Source of the DNA: an uncultured Dehalococcoidia bacterium
GTDB lineage: Bacteria > Chloroflexota > Dehalococcoidia > Lucifugimonadales > UBA826
Assembly: GCA_964602845.1 (NCBI GenBank)
Contig: CAZRSW010000001.1
Span: 13,018-77,017 of the forward strand
Length of the DNA stretch: 64,000 bases
Direction of reading: 5' to 3'
Shown here: in pieces, positions 38,108 to 47,005 of the stretch
Position numbering within the stretch: position 1 is the first letter of the stretch
Layout: every line of letters starts with the position of its first letter
Notes under the pieces: model-generated
Databases searched by the model: none
The model's input: only the letters and a program-made list of their open reading frames with translations
What the model was told of the DNA's origin: nothing
Translations under genes and position numbers: made by a program

Positions 38108-39655
38108 TTATCGTCGTTTCTTACTTGTCTTGGTTTTACGTCCGCTGTTTTTTCTTCTCTGGGTGTTCGCAGGCTCCTTCCTTCTGCTGCGCCTGGCAGT
38201 TATACCACCTTTCAAATCTTCGATATCTTCAGCGAACCGTATCATTCCAGCTTGATTCTGGTTGTACCCCGCTCCACTTATCGACCAGATATCCTCTGGA
38301 ACTTCATATAGGTGGGTTCCAGTCTCTTCTTCATCTTGGATCGGTTGATCTTCATCCAGTGGTAAAAATTCTTGATCCCCCCGGGATTCCAAGTTGTCTA
38401 GCCCTGGCTCTTCTATTATTTGAACGATTTCAGATTCTCCGTTCCCATCTGAGCCGATGTCTGCTGTATGGACGTCATCTTCTGCGGATAACAGCGATTC
38501 TTGGTCGATAGTATCTGTGGTATCTTCTTCGTCAGGTTTATCCGATGTTGGTGGACTGATTCGATCATCATCTTCCGCCTGAAGTACAGGTGATGGACTT
38601 GGAAGCTTTGACAAATCGACATGCTGGTCACTCTGTATATCTACCCTCCAACCTGTCAGTTTAGCTGCTAACCTAGCGTTTTGACCCTCCTTGCCGATGG
38701 CAAGTGAGAGGTGCCGATCCGGAACTATGGCGGATGCGCTACTTTCTTCAACATTGATGTTAACACGCAAAACTTGTGATGGGCTCAACGCATTGGCGAT
38801 GTATTTATGGACGTCCTTGTTCCATTCGAGTATATCTATCTTTTCGCCTTGGAGCTCGTTAACTATACTCTGTATTCGAACACCTCTTAAACCCACACAA
38901 GATCCTACCGGATCAACGCCGTCTTGTTTTGCCCTAACAGACACCTTGCTTCTTGAACCGCTTTCACGAGCCACAGCCATGATTTCAACTGCTCCATTGA
39001 AAATTTCAGGCACTTCCTGCTCAAAAAGCCTTTTTAGTAGCAGCTCATCGGTTCTAGACATGATCAGTTCCGGTCCTTTGGGAGAATCCATGTCTATTGC
39101 TTGCAGCAAAACTTTGAGCTTGGAACCAGTTCGGTATCTTTCGGATGAAACTTGTTGGCTAATGGGCAGTAGAGCTTCAGTTCTACCGGTATCAACGATT
39201 ACTTTACCAGGCTCAATTCGTTGAACCGTTACCGTAATTATTTCGCCTTCTTTGCCTGCGTATTCTGAGAGAACAATCTCTTTTTCCGCCTCTCGTAGCC
39301 TTTGTAGTACTACCTGTTTGGCCGTTTGAGCGGCAATGCGGCCCGCGCTATTAGGTATATTCTCAGTTGGTATAGTGTCACCAACTTTTGCCGATTTTTT
39401 AAACTTCGTTTGGGCTTCAGACAGGTCTATTTCCTGTAGGGGATCTTCCACCGACTCTACTACTGTTTTGATGATGTCAACTTTGATATCTCCAGAGCCG
39501 GGGTCTAGCTTTACTGAAATGTTACGGCCTTCTGTAACACTGTCTTTTTTAAAAGCAGAAACCAAGGCAGCTTCAATAGCAGACATCACCTTTTCTCTGG
39601 GCAAATTGCGCTCAGCGGCCAACTGTGTCAAAGCGATCAAAAAATCACTTTTCAT
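38108..39655 (-). CDS. nusA: Transcription termination/antitermination factor NusA with a long acidic-then-basic C-terminal tail
   Basis: MKSDFLIALTQLAAERNLPREKVMSAIEAAL N-terminus, S1 domain and two KH domains (AIGKEGQNARLAAKLTGWRVDI). GGGGG lies 8 nt upstream of ATG 39655. The track start GTG 39709 lies in the leader hairpin. Confidence 0.9.
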   Translation of the reverse strand: MKSDFLIALTQLAAERNLPREKVMSAIEAALVSAFKKDSVTEGRNISVKLDPGSGDIKVDIIKTVVESVEDPLQEIDLSEAQTKFKKSAKVGDTIPTENIPNSAGRIAAQTAKQVVLQRLREAEKEIVLSEYAGKEGEIITVTVQRIEPGKVIVDTGRTEALLPISQQVSSERYRTGSKLKVLLQAIDMDSPKGPELIMSRTDELLLKRLFEQEVPEIFNGAVEIMAVARESGSRSKVSVRAKQDGVDPVGSCVGLRGVRIQSIVNELQGEKIDILEWNKDVHKYIANALSPSQVLRVNINVEESSASAIVPDRHLSLAIGKEGQNARLAAKLTGWRVDIQSDQHVDLSKLPSPSPVLQAEDDDRISPPTSDKPDEEDTTDTIDQESLLSAEDDVHTADIGSDGNGESEIVQIIEEPGLDNLESRGDQEFLPLDEDQPIQDEEETGTHLYEVPEDIWSISGAGYNQNQAGMIRFAEDIEDLKGGITARRSRRKEPANTQRRKNSGRKTKTSKKRR

Positions 39656-39685
39656 TCTTGTTGACCCCCTTAAATTTCTATCGTT

Positions 39686-39717
39686 AATAACAAAGAAAGT
39701 GGGCTGCACCCACTTTC
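39686..39717 (-). terminator. Terminator-like hairpin in the nusA 5' leader (candidate attenuator)
   Basis: The minus strand reads GAAAGTGGG-TGCAG-CCCACTTTC (perfect 9-bp stem, 5-nt loop), followed by TTTGTTATT. It sits between the candidate promoter and the nusA ATG. Confidence 0.45.
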
Positions 39718-39746
39718 AATCAAAACTTACATTCTGTTACTAATCG

Positions 39747-39755
39747 ATTATAGCA
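39747..39755 (-). promoter_or_regulatory. Candidate extended -10 promoter of the nusA operon
   Basis: The minus strand reads TGCTATAAT (TGnTATAAT), about 90 nt upstream of the nusA ATG. Confidence 0.35.
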
Positions 39756-39873
39756 CCGTGTTAACGATCAAAACAACTCCAAAATTTCCGAAATTCACTG
39801 GTGTGTTGATGTAACCGTGATAGACTGCATGCTGTTACCTAAAGCACAGTGGATTTTTAGGGATTGATATGGC

Positions 39874-40650
39874 ATGGATATTGCTCGATATTTCCGAATA
39901 GTTGGTCACATTATTGCGCTTGCATTGGTTATATGTATCATGGCTTCTTGTAGAGCCGCCGAGCAAAAGACACCACTTATGGTTTTTGCTGCGGCGAGCC
40001 TGACAGATGTTTTCTTAGAACTTGAGATAGAATACGAGCAGCATACAAACGTGGATTTGGAGTTTAATTTTGGACCATCACTTATGTTAGCTGTCGAGAT
40101 TTCTCATGGGGCACCCGCTGATGCGCTTATTTCGGCGGATCCTGAATCGGTCGCGTTTTTGGTTGATGAGAATTATGCTGATGTTGAAGATGTAGTTGCT
40201 TTGGCCACTAACGTTATGGTTGTACTTGTCGACGAAGAGGTTGAACCGATCGTTGTAGAAGGGATACAGGATTTAGGTATGATTGCTATCGCCGATCCGC
40301 AGTTGGCACCGGCTGGCAGATACGCAATGCAAGCTCTTAGAAATTTGGGCATTTGGAACGAGGTTAAAGACCGGGTGGTCATAGGGGCTGATGTGCGAGC
40401 GGCTCTTGCGTACTTACAGATGGGAAATGTGGATGCTGCATTGGTTTATAAAAGTGATCAGGCTGTTGTTCCTGATAAACGGATTCTAGATATAATCCCA
40501 ACTGAATCACATGACCAAATAAGGTATGTGGGGGTACCGGTGACTGATGGAGATGCGTACAGAGAATCAAATAGCTTTATTGACTTTCTAACTACTAGTG
40601 ACGCACAGGCCATTTTTGCCAAACATGGCTTTGTATCTCTGAAACCTTAA
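39874..40650 (+). CDS. modA: Molybdate ABC transporter substrate-binding lipoprotein
   Basis: 258 aa. Lipobox IMASC and LMVFAAASLTDVF, which is typical of ModA. Confidence 0.85.
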   Translation: MDIARYFRIVGHIIALALVICIMASCRAAEQKTPLMVFAAASLTDVFLELEIEYEQHTNVDLEFNFGPSLMLAVEISHGAPADALISADPESVAFLVDENYADVEDVVALATNVMVVLVDEEVEPIVVEGIQDLGMIAIADPQLAPAGRYAMQALRNLGIWNEVKDRVVIGADVRAALAYLQMGNVDAALVYKSDQAVVPDKRILDIIPTESHDQIRYVGVPVTDGDAYRESNSFIDFLTTSDAQAIFAKHGFVSLKP

Positions 40651-41330
40651 TGATGGCCCATGATGCAGAGTTCTTTTGGAATGTAATATATATATCTATT
40701 AAAGTCGCAATACTTTCGACAGTGATTAATATCCCACCAGCGGTTATTTTAGGATGGGTTGTGGCAAAAAAAGATTTCTCAGGGAAGTTCATAGTTGAAT
40801 TGGCGATTTCTTTACCGCTTGTTTTACCACCAGTTGTAATAGGTTATCTCTTACTGATTCTGATGGGTCGTGAGGGGCCTTTAGGAAAATTATCAAGTTC
40901 TTTATTTGGTGTGGATTTGGTCTTCACATGGGTGGCCGCTGCTGTTGCTGCAAGCATAGTTTCGTTTCCATTGATAGTAAGAGCTATAGTTGTCGCGATG
41001 AAATCAGTGGATCCTAAATTAGAGCGTAGCGCCAGATCCTTGGGGGCTGGCGCAGCACGGACATTTTTTACAGTGACATTACCCATAGCCTACCAAGGTG
41101 TTTTGGCAGGAGTGTTATTGGGTTTTGTCAGAGCACTTGGGGAATTTGGAGCCACGATAATAGTTGCAGGCAACATCCCGGGCAGAACGCAAACTCTGCC
41201 TCTGGCTATTTTCGGCAAGGTAATGTTGGGTAAGAATGAACAGGCCTTTCAATTGATAACTGCATCTGTAGGCCTGGCGATAATATCCATTTTAATCCAC
41301 AATTGGCTTCTTGGAAAAGCCAGAAGATAG
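40650..41330 (+). CDS. modB: Molybdate ABC transporter permease
   Basis: 226 aa. Multi-TM protein with an EAA-like loop (LERSARSLGAGAARTFFTVTLP). TAATG overlap with modA. Confidence 0.85.
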   Translation: MMAHDAEFFWNVIYISIKVAILSTVINIPPAVILGWVVAKKDFSGKFIVELAISLPLVLPPVVIGYLLLILMGREGPLGKLSSSLFGVDLVFTWVAAAVAASIVSFPLIVRAIVVAMKSVDPKLERSARSLGAGAARTFFTVTLPIAYQGVLAGVLLGFVRALGEFGATIIVAGNIPGRTQTLPLAIFGKVMLGKNEQAFQLITASVGLAIISILIHNWLLGKARR

Positions 41331-42435
41331 TCATAACACAGAGAGGTATGAAATCAGTTTAGTTGATATAAAACTGAATTTAGAAAAGAAGATTGGAAGC
41401 CTTCAACTTAATGTCAACGTTGATATAGCCCACAGCAACTTAGCTATATTTGGACCGACTGGCAGTGGTAAGACGACCTTTCTAAACTGTATTGCGGGAT
41501 TTCAGCGTCCCGATTCCGGTCACATAGAATTTAACAGTGATATCTTTTTCTCCAGTTCTCAATCCATCAATTTAACACCGGATGCTCGGAGATTGGGATT
41601 CGTATTTCAGGACGCTAATTTATTTCCTCACTTAAATGTTTTACGCAATGTAGAGTATGGATATAAATTGACTCCAACTTCGGAGCGGCGTTTTCACCCA
41701 GATGAGTTGTTGGGAATGTTTGAACTAGAGCATTTGGCTGATAGGAGTACCATAAATTTGTCCGGTGGGGAACGTCAACGTGTGGCGCTGGCGAGAGCTT
41801 TAGCGGCCTCACCGAAACTTCTTTTATTAGATGAACCATTCGCATCTATGGACGTTATTTCTAGGGGTGTATTAATTGGCCAATTAAGACTGATTTCCGA
41901 ACGTTTTGAGATTCCTATGATTTACGTGACTCACTCAATTGCTGAAGTTGCGGCAGTTGCAGATTACGTTTTGGTCTTGCAGGACGGAAGGTTGGTAGCA
42001 GAAGGGCCTCCGTCAATGATGTGGCGTGATGCGGATGTCGGAAGTTTAACAGACCTCAATTTCTTTGAAAATATTATGGAAGGAACACTTATAGAGGGAA
42101 CCGACGATGATTGGTCATCAATAGACTTGGGGGCTTCAATTTTACGAGTCCCTACTATTGACAAACCGCTTGGTACAAAGGTGACATTATCAATAAAGGC
42201 TTCGGACATCATACTTAGCAATAAGGAAATTCCATCATTGAGCGAGCCTAGCAATGTTAGAGGGCGGGTAGCAGGTACATATAAGCATGAAAATCGCCTT
42301 ATGGTGGAACTTGATGTCGGTCAAACAGTGGTTTCAGAGGTTACAGTTGGAGCTCTTAAAACACTGGATTTGTCGACGGGGGCTCCAGTCTATTTGATTG
42401 TCAAAACCGGCAACATCGGGATACTAAGCAGGTAA
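41311..42435 (+). CDS. modC: Molybdate ABC transporter ATP-binding protein with C-terminal TOBE/Mop domain
   Basis: 374 aa. GPTGSGKTT, LSGGERQRVALARAL and LLLDEP motifs, with a C-terminal TOBE-like region. The TTG start is uncertain. Confidence 0.85.
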   Translation: MEKPEDSHNTERYEISLVDIKLNLEKKIGSLQLNVNVDIAHSNLAIFGPTGSGKTTFLNCIAGFQRPDSGHIEFNSDIFFSSSQSINLTPDARRLGFVFQDANLFPHLNVLRNVEYGYKLTPTSERRFHPDELLGMFELEHLADRSTINLSGGERQRVALARALAASPKLLLLDEPFASMDVISRGVLIGQLRLISERFEIPMIYVTHSIAEVAAVADYVLVLQDGRLVAEGPPSMMWRDADVGSLTDLNFFENIMEGTLIEGTDDDWSSIDLGASILRVPTIDKPLGTKVTLSIKASDIILSNKEIPSLSEPSNVRGRVAGTYKHENRLMVELDVGQTVVSEVTVGALKTLDLSTGAPVYLIVKTGNIGILSR

Positions 42436-42449
42436 GCGGGTATTTCGCC

Positions 42450-43688
42450 TTATACCAGAATCGCATTGTCTTTCTTTACGGAGACCCCTTCTTTTATGAT
42501 AGTGTTCACGTCGTGTAAAGTTTTGATGTTTTCGGACGGATCGCCATTTACAACAATGATATCTGCGAGTTTGCCTGCTTCAAGGGTTCCTATTGAGCTG
42601 ATTAACCCTAAACATTCTGCGGATGTTTTTGTGGCGCAAGTGATCGCCTCCAACGGTGTGAGCCCCATTTCCTTTACCATCACCTCTGGTATGTAAGCAA
42701 AGTCCTTGAATGTGGCATTAGTCATACCTGAATCCATTCCCGTGACGAATTTTACCCCTCTATCCCACATGTTTCTCAGAATTTCGAATCTTCTCTCAGG
42801 ATCACTCAATACCCCACCCAAAACTTCTTTGGTGACTTTCTTTCCCCTCAGTCTATTGAGATAAGACAATGCTAGGGTCGGATCAACATATAGCCCTTTT
42901 TCTACGATTTGGTCCACTGTCTTGGGATCGTAATCATATAACTCGTCGGGATTTGCGGACAGCCAAGAACAGTGAATCAAGTTGTGGATTCCTGCTTTGA
43001 CACAATTCTTAATACCTTCAGTACCATGGCAGTGTGCGGCAACCTTCATGCCTAAACGCTCCGCATCTTGCACGGCTTGGATCAGAGTGGTGGAGTCATA
43101 TTGTGCTGCTCTTACATTAGTGCCGGGAGTAAACCCACCTCCTGTGGACATTATTTTAATCCAGTCAGCACCCATCTTGGATTGTTGCCTTATTGCTCGA
43201 ATGACTTCGGACGAAGTATCTGCTTCACTTCCGAACATGTGGCAGTGCCCGCCAGTGGTAGTGATAGGGGTCCCTGCAGCGATTAGTCTTGGTCCGGGAA
43301 TAATGTATCTTTCAATAGCATCTTTTATTGGAAATACCACCTCGTTTTTACTACCGAGGTCTCTCATGGTTGTTACGCCTGAACAAAGCGCATCCCTTAC
43401 GGCTTTAGTTCCACGCATAAGAAGTGTTTCGTTGCTCTCTGTGGTCACCTGTTGGTAGGCATTATATTCAGCGCTGCAATGCACATGAGAATGCATTTCA
43501 ATGAACCCAGGCATAGCTGTTCCGTGGGAGTACGACAGAATGTCTGCGCCAGATTTGTCATCCGAGGTTAATTGCCTTTGAGTGCAGACTTTGGTAATGA
43601 GTGTATCCTCTATTAGGATTGCTCCATCCCTGATCGGCTGTGCCCCGTTTCCGTCGATTACCTTGGATGCCTTAATAAGTAGTTTCAT
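42450..43688 (-). CDS. Metal-dependent amidohydrolase family protein
   Basis: 412 aa. VIDGNG ... GFIEMHSHVH (HxH) and a later AAHCHG motif, as in the amidohydrolase superfamily. Confidence 0.75.
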   Translation of the reverse strand: MKLLIKASKVIDGNGAQPIRDGAILIEDTLITKVCTQRQLTSDDKSGADILSYSHGTAMPGFIEMHSHVHCSAEYNAYQQVTTESNETLLMRGTKAVRDALCSGVTTMRDLGSKNEVVFPIKDAIERYIIPGPRLIAAGTPITTTGGHCHMFGSEADTSSEVIRAIRQQSKMGADWIKIMSTGGGFTPGTNVRAAQYDSTTLIQAVQDAERLGMKVAAHCHGTEGIKNCVKAGIHNLIHCSWLSANPDELYDYDPKTVDQIVEKGLYVDPTLALSYLNRLRGKKVTKEVLGGVLSDPERRFEILRNMWDRGVKFVTGMDSGMTNATFKDFAYIPEVMVKEMGLTPLEAITCATKTSAECLGLISSIGTLEAGKLADIIVVNGDPSENIKTLHDVNTIIKEGVSVKKDNAILV

Positions 43689-43833
43689 TGTAAACCTAAA
43701 TGGGGGTAATATGGCAGTCAGGAGCCCACTATATCAAAATAGGTATTTTTATTCCATGTCACTTGCTCCCTTCAGCTGTGGTCAATATACTTCGAGACGT
43801 GTCACAGTGCCATAGAATTAGGGGGTCAATTAT

Positions 43834-44610
43834 ATGACTAGGTTGCGTAAACTCAAATGGAGTAGAAATGCATTTGATGGTGTGGTGATTGATCCCGACT
43901 CGGTCGGCGGCGACCCAATTTTGTTTGGTAAAGAATTAACTAGTGCAATATCCTTGTGGACAGAGGAACTGTGTAAAGTAGTTTGGTTGGAAATTGCATC
44001 AACAGCATCCGGTATTATTTCAAAGGCTGCGTCATATGGATTTCGATTTCACCATGCAGATGAGCGCTATGCGATGATGGTATTAAAACTTGACCAAAAT
44101 GCTTTTGTTCCCCCCTATGCTACACACTATATTGGAATAGGGGGGGTGGCAATTAATGAAAATAGGGAAATTCTTGTAGTGTCTGAGCGATATCGGACAA
44201 CTAAGAATGTCCCCGCCTACAAATTGCCCGGGGGTGCGCTATTACCAGGGGAACATTTGGCAGATGCCGCAGTAAGGGAAGTTTTTGAAGAAACCGGTAT
44301 CGAGACTAGATTTGAGTCCCTAGTTTGTTTCAGACACTGGCATGGATATCGGTATGGTAAATCGGATATATATTTTGTTGCTAGACTAGCCCCGGTAAAT
44401 TACGAGATAAGGAAGCAAGAAGAAGAAATTGATGAGTGCCTATGGATGCCAGTTGATGAGTACCTCGCTAATGACTCGATACACTCTTTCAATAAGACAA
44501 TTGTTGCGGCTGCCATGGGTAGTGAAGGGCTTTTTCCTGAACCGGTTAGCGGTTATGAACCCGAAAGTAAGTTCGAATTTTTTATGCCTAACAAAGGTTT
44601 TAGGGCTTAG
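43834..44610 (+). CDS. NUDIX hydrolase with N-terminal pre-Nudix domain
   Basis: 258 aa. Nudix box GGALLPGEHLADAAVREVFEETGI. Confidence 0.8.
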   Translation: MTRLRKLKWSRNAFDGVVIDPDSVGGDPILFGKELTSAISLWTEELCKVVWLEIASTASGIISKAASYGFRFHHADERYAMMVLKLDQNAFVPPYATHYIGIGGVAINENREILVVSERYRTTKNVPAYKLPGGALLPGEHLADAAVREVFEETGIETRFESLVCFRHWHGYRYGKSDIYFVARLAPVNYEIRKQEEEIDECLWMPVDEYLANDSIHSFNKTIVAAAMGSEGLFPEPVSGYEPESKFEFFMPNKGFRA

Positions 44611-44678
44611 AATGCCCCTTCGCTTATGTCGCGATTTATAGTTGAGCTATTTTCTGGTGCTCTTTGCCCCGACGTAAA

Positions 44679-44708
44679 TTGACACTTATTCGTGGTAGTA
44701 AGTAAACT
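44679..44708 (+). promoter_or_regulatory. Candidate promoter of rpmH-rnpA
   Basis: TTGACA (44679-44684), an 18-nt spacer, then TAAACT (44703-44708), 30 nt upstream of the rpmH ATG. Confidence 0.4.
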
Positions 44709-44738
44709 GTATTAACTAATGTAAATGGATGCTATCTA

Positions 44739-44876
44739 ATGTCTAAGAGAACCTACCAGCCAAAAAACAGGCGTCGTTCACGAGTTCATGGATTTCGGTC
44801 GCGCATGAGATCTCAAAATGGGAGAAATGTGCTTAAACGGAGGACATTCAAGGGACGCCATAAGTTGACGGTATGA
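44739..44876 (+). CDS. rpmH: 50S ribosomal protein L34
   Basis: Missing from the ORF track (45 aa). My translation is [45 protein letters not shown]. Located directly upstream of rnpA. Confidence 0.95.
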   Translation: MSKRTYQPKNRRRSRVHGFRSRMRSQNGRNVLKRRTFKGRHKLTV

Positions 44877-44964
44877 AGAAGCTCGGGGATGTAGAATTCT
44901 TCGTCTGCACTCTGTTGGGCGGATGATTTATTGTCTATCTATAGGGTTTTAAACTGACCCCGCA

Positions 44965-45333
44965 ATGTTGTTGCCTTTTCTAGTGCAGAAGCAGCGTAGA
45001 TTATTAAAGTCAAAAGAATTCAGGAATGTTCGTAAATACGGACGAAGCTGGACAGATAAGAATGTTGTATTGGTAGCGAAGCGGCGGGATCAGGATTTTG
45101 CTCTAGATCGCTCACGTTTTGGTTTCGTCGTAAGTAAAAGGATTGGCAATTCTGTAGTTAGGAATAGGTTTAAGCGTTGTTTGAAAGAATCTGTTAGGCA
45201 AGTGATTGTGAAGGATGGGTGGGATATTGTTTTCATCGCCAGAAACAATGGGGGTGTAGGGTTTCGCGAAATACGTGATTCTGTGGGGAACCTTCTTGTC
45301 AAAGCGGGACTGATGCAAAGGATTAACGTTTAG
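44965..45333 (+). CDS. rnpA: Ribonuclease P protein component
   Basis: 122 aa. RLLKSKEFRNV ... RFGFVVSKRIGNSVVRNRFKR. Lies in the rpmH-rnpA-yidD context. Confidence 0.9.
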   Translation: MLLPFLVQKQRRLLKSKEFRNVRKYGRSWTDKNVVLVAKRRDQDFALDRSRFGFVVSKRIGNSVVRNRFKRCLKESVRQVIVKDGWDIVFIARNNGGVGFREIRDSVGNLLVKAGLMQRINV

Positions 45334-45335
45334 GT

Positions 45336-45596
45336 ATGAATACAGACGCTCGACCGTTTGTTAGTGAGCAGGCTGTGAGAACTGTTATCTGGTTCATCAA
45401 GCTATATAGGAATTATATTTCACCATATTTGCCTGGTTTATGCAGGTACACGCCTACATGCTCGGAGTACGCGTTGGTTGCTACATTACGATTTGGTGTT
45501 TTAAAAGGAAGCTATTTGAGCTTGGTCAGGCTTATGAAATGTCGACCGTATGGGGGTAGTGGTTATGATCCCGTCCCATGTCTTAAGACCAAATAG
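45336..45596 (+). CDS. yidD: Membrane protein insertion efficiency factor YidD
   Basis: 86 aa. YRNYISPYLPGLCRYTPTCSEYA. Confidence 0.9.
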   Translation: MNTDARPFVSEQAVRTVIWFIKLYRNYISPYLPGLCRYTPTCSEYALVATLRFGVLKGSYLSLVRLMKCRPYGGSGYDPVPCLKTK

Positions 45597-45621
45597 CAAT
45601 GTAATAGGGTTTAGGTAGGTT

Positions 45622-46974
45622 TTGGGTATGTCTAATTGCAAGAAGATAGGGTTTTCCGAGTTGAAGAGACAAGGAAGCGCCTTTTTTATCTTATTACTAG
45701 TGTTATTTAGTGTAATTGGGTGTTCTCAGATCGCTGTTCCAGAAGGGTGGTCTGGCGGAATAATATATGAAGGATCTAGTAATCAGGAAGTACTGTTTAT
45801 TGGTAGTATGGATGGCTTGTTTTTACCTCTCGATAAGGCGACAGGTGATGGGTTTTGGTGTGATGAATACATACAAACTATTCACGCGAATGACTGCGAA
45901 AATAATGAAGACGTCATCATGTGGGAAGATCCGCTACTCTTACCATACGATAAGGACTCAGACGATGGAAATAAATTCCAAAGGGCTATTTATGGGACAC
46001 CCGCAATAAGTGAGGGGGTTATATTTGTCCCTGTGTATGATGGGCAAATATTAGCGATTTCTTTGAATAGTGGCGATAATTTGGGATCGTGGCCTCGGAC
46101 CCAATTTAAAGATGGAGATTTTGTTGGAGGTCTTCTAGTAAGGGATGGTGTTTTGTACGTTGGAGGTGGTGATGGGAAGGTATATGCTTTGAATTTTACT
46201 AAGGATGAAGATGGCGATATTAGCTTTGATCAAAAATGGGTCTTCTCAGAAGCGACGAATAAGTTTTGGTCCAGTCCAGAGATGTTTGGGGACACTTTAA
46301 TAATTGGCTCTTTGGACCACAACGTGTATGGGATAGATGCTGAAAGTGGGAAGCGTAAGTGGAAATTTGAGACCGATGGTGCTGTTGCATCATCCGCAGT
46401 GGTATCTGATGGTGTTGCGTATGTGGGGTCTTTTGACGGGGTATTCTATGCCATAAATGCGACCGAAGGTACTGAGATTTGGAGCTTCACAGGATCATCT
46501 AATTGGTATTGGGGGAAGCCAGTGGTTTCTGGAAATATGGTTTACGCTCCTTCTTTGGATGGAAGTCTATATGGCCTTGGGATAAGGGATGGTGAGTTGA
46601 AGTGGAGGGCTGAAACCAAGGATGCTATAGTGAGTTCCCCTGCTATTGTGAAAGATATGATTGTTTTTGGATCAACTGATGGGAAACTCTATATCGTGGA
46701 TAAGGTATCCGGTGAATTACTGGATGAGTGCAATATTGGTGAAGAGATTAGGACCCCCATTGTGGCTGATGAGGAGGCTGTATATTTTGGTGCTAAGGAT
46801 CGCTCGATACGAGCGATAAGGATAAAGAAAATTGGGCGAGCTGAAGATGATTTGTGGGAATCTCCTCACTTTACCAAAGACGCGGTTAAATTCTTGATAG
46901 AAAAATACGATAAAGGGAAAACCGATAGAAAAAAGGTCACAACGCGGGATGAGGGATGGTCGGGTGCTTGTTAG
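45622..46974 (+). CDS. PQQ-like beta-propeller repeat lipoprotein (BamB-like fold)
   Basis: 450 aa. Signal peptide with lipobox SVIGC. Repeated DGxxYAxD/N..G..xW blades (DGKVYALN, DHNVYGIDAESGKRKWKF, DGVFYAINATEGTEIWSF, DGSLYGLGIRDGELKWRA, DGKLYIVDKVSGELL). Confidence 0.75.
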   Translation: MGMSNCKKIGFSELKRQGSAFFILLLVLFSVIGCSQIAVPEGWSGGIIYEGSSNQEVLFIGSMDGLFLPLDKATGDGFWCDEYIQTIHANDCENNEDVIMWEDPLLLPYDKDSDDGNKFQRAIYGTPAISEGVIFVPVYDGQILAISLNSGDNLGSWPRTQFKDGDFVGGLLVRDGVLYVGGGDGKVYALNFTKDEDGDISFDQKWVFSEATNKFWSSPEMFGDTLIIGSLDHNVYGIDAESGKRKWKFETDGAVASSAVVSDGVAYVGSFDGVFYAINATEGTEIWSFTGSSNWYWGKPVVSGNMVYAPSLDGSLYGLGIRDGELKWRAETKDAIVSSPAIVKDMIVFGSTDGKLYIVDKVSGELLDECNIGEEIRTPIVADEEAVYFGAKDRSIRAIRIKKIGRAEDDLWESPHFTKDAVKFLIEKYDKGKTDRKKVTTRDEGWSGAC

Positions 46975-47005
46975 TATCTTTTTGATGTCTGGGTGGTATT
47001 AGAAC

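Noticed and set aside
44611-44738. An oriC or DnaA-box cluster upstream of rpmH.
   Set aside because: I saw no TTATCCACA-like boxes and no adjacent dnaA. The upstream gene is a same-strand NUDIX hydrolase.
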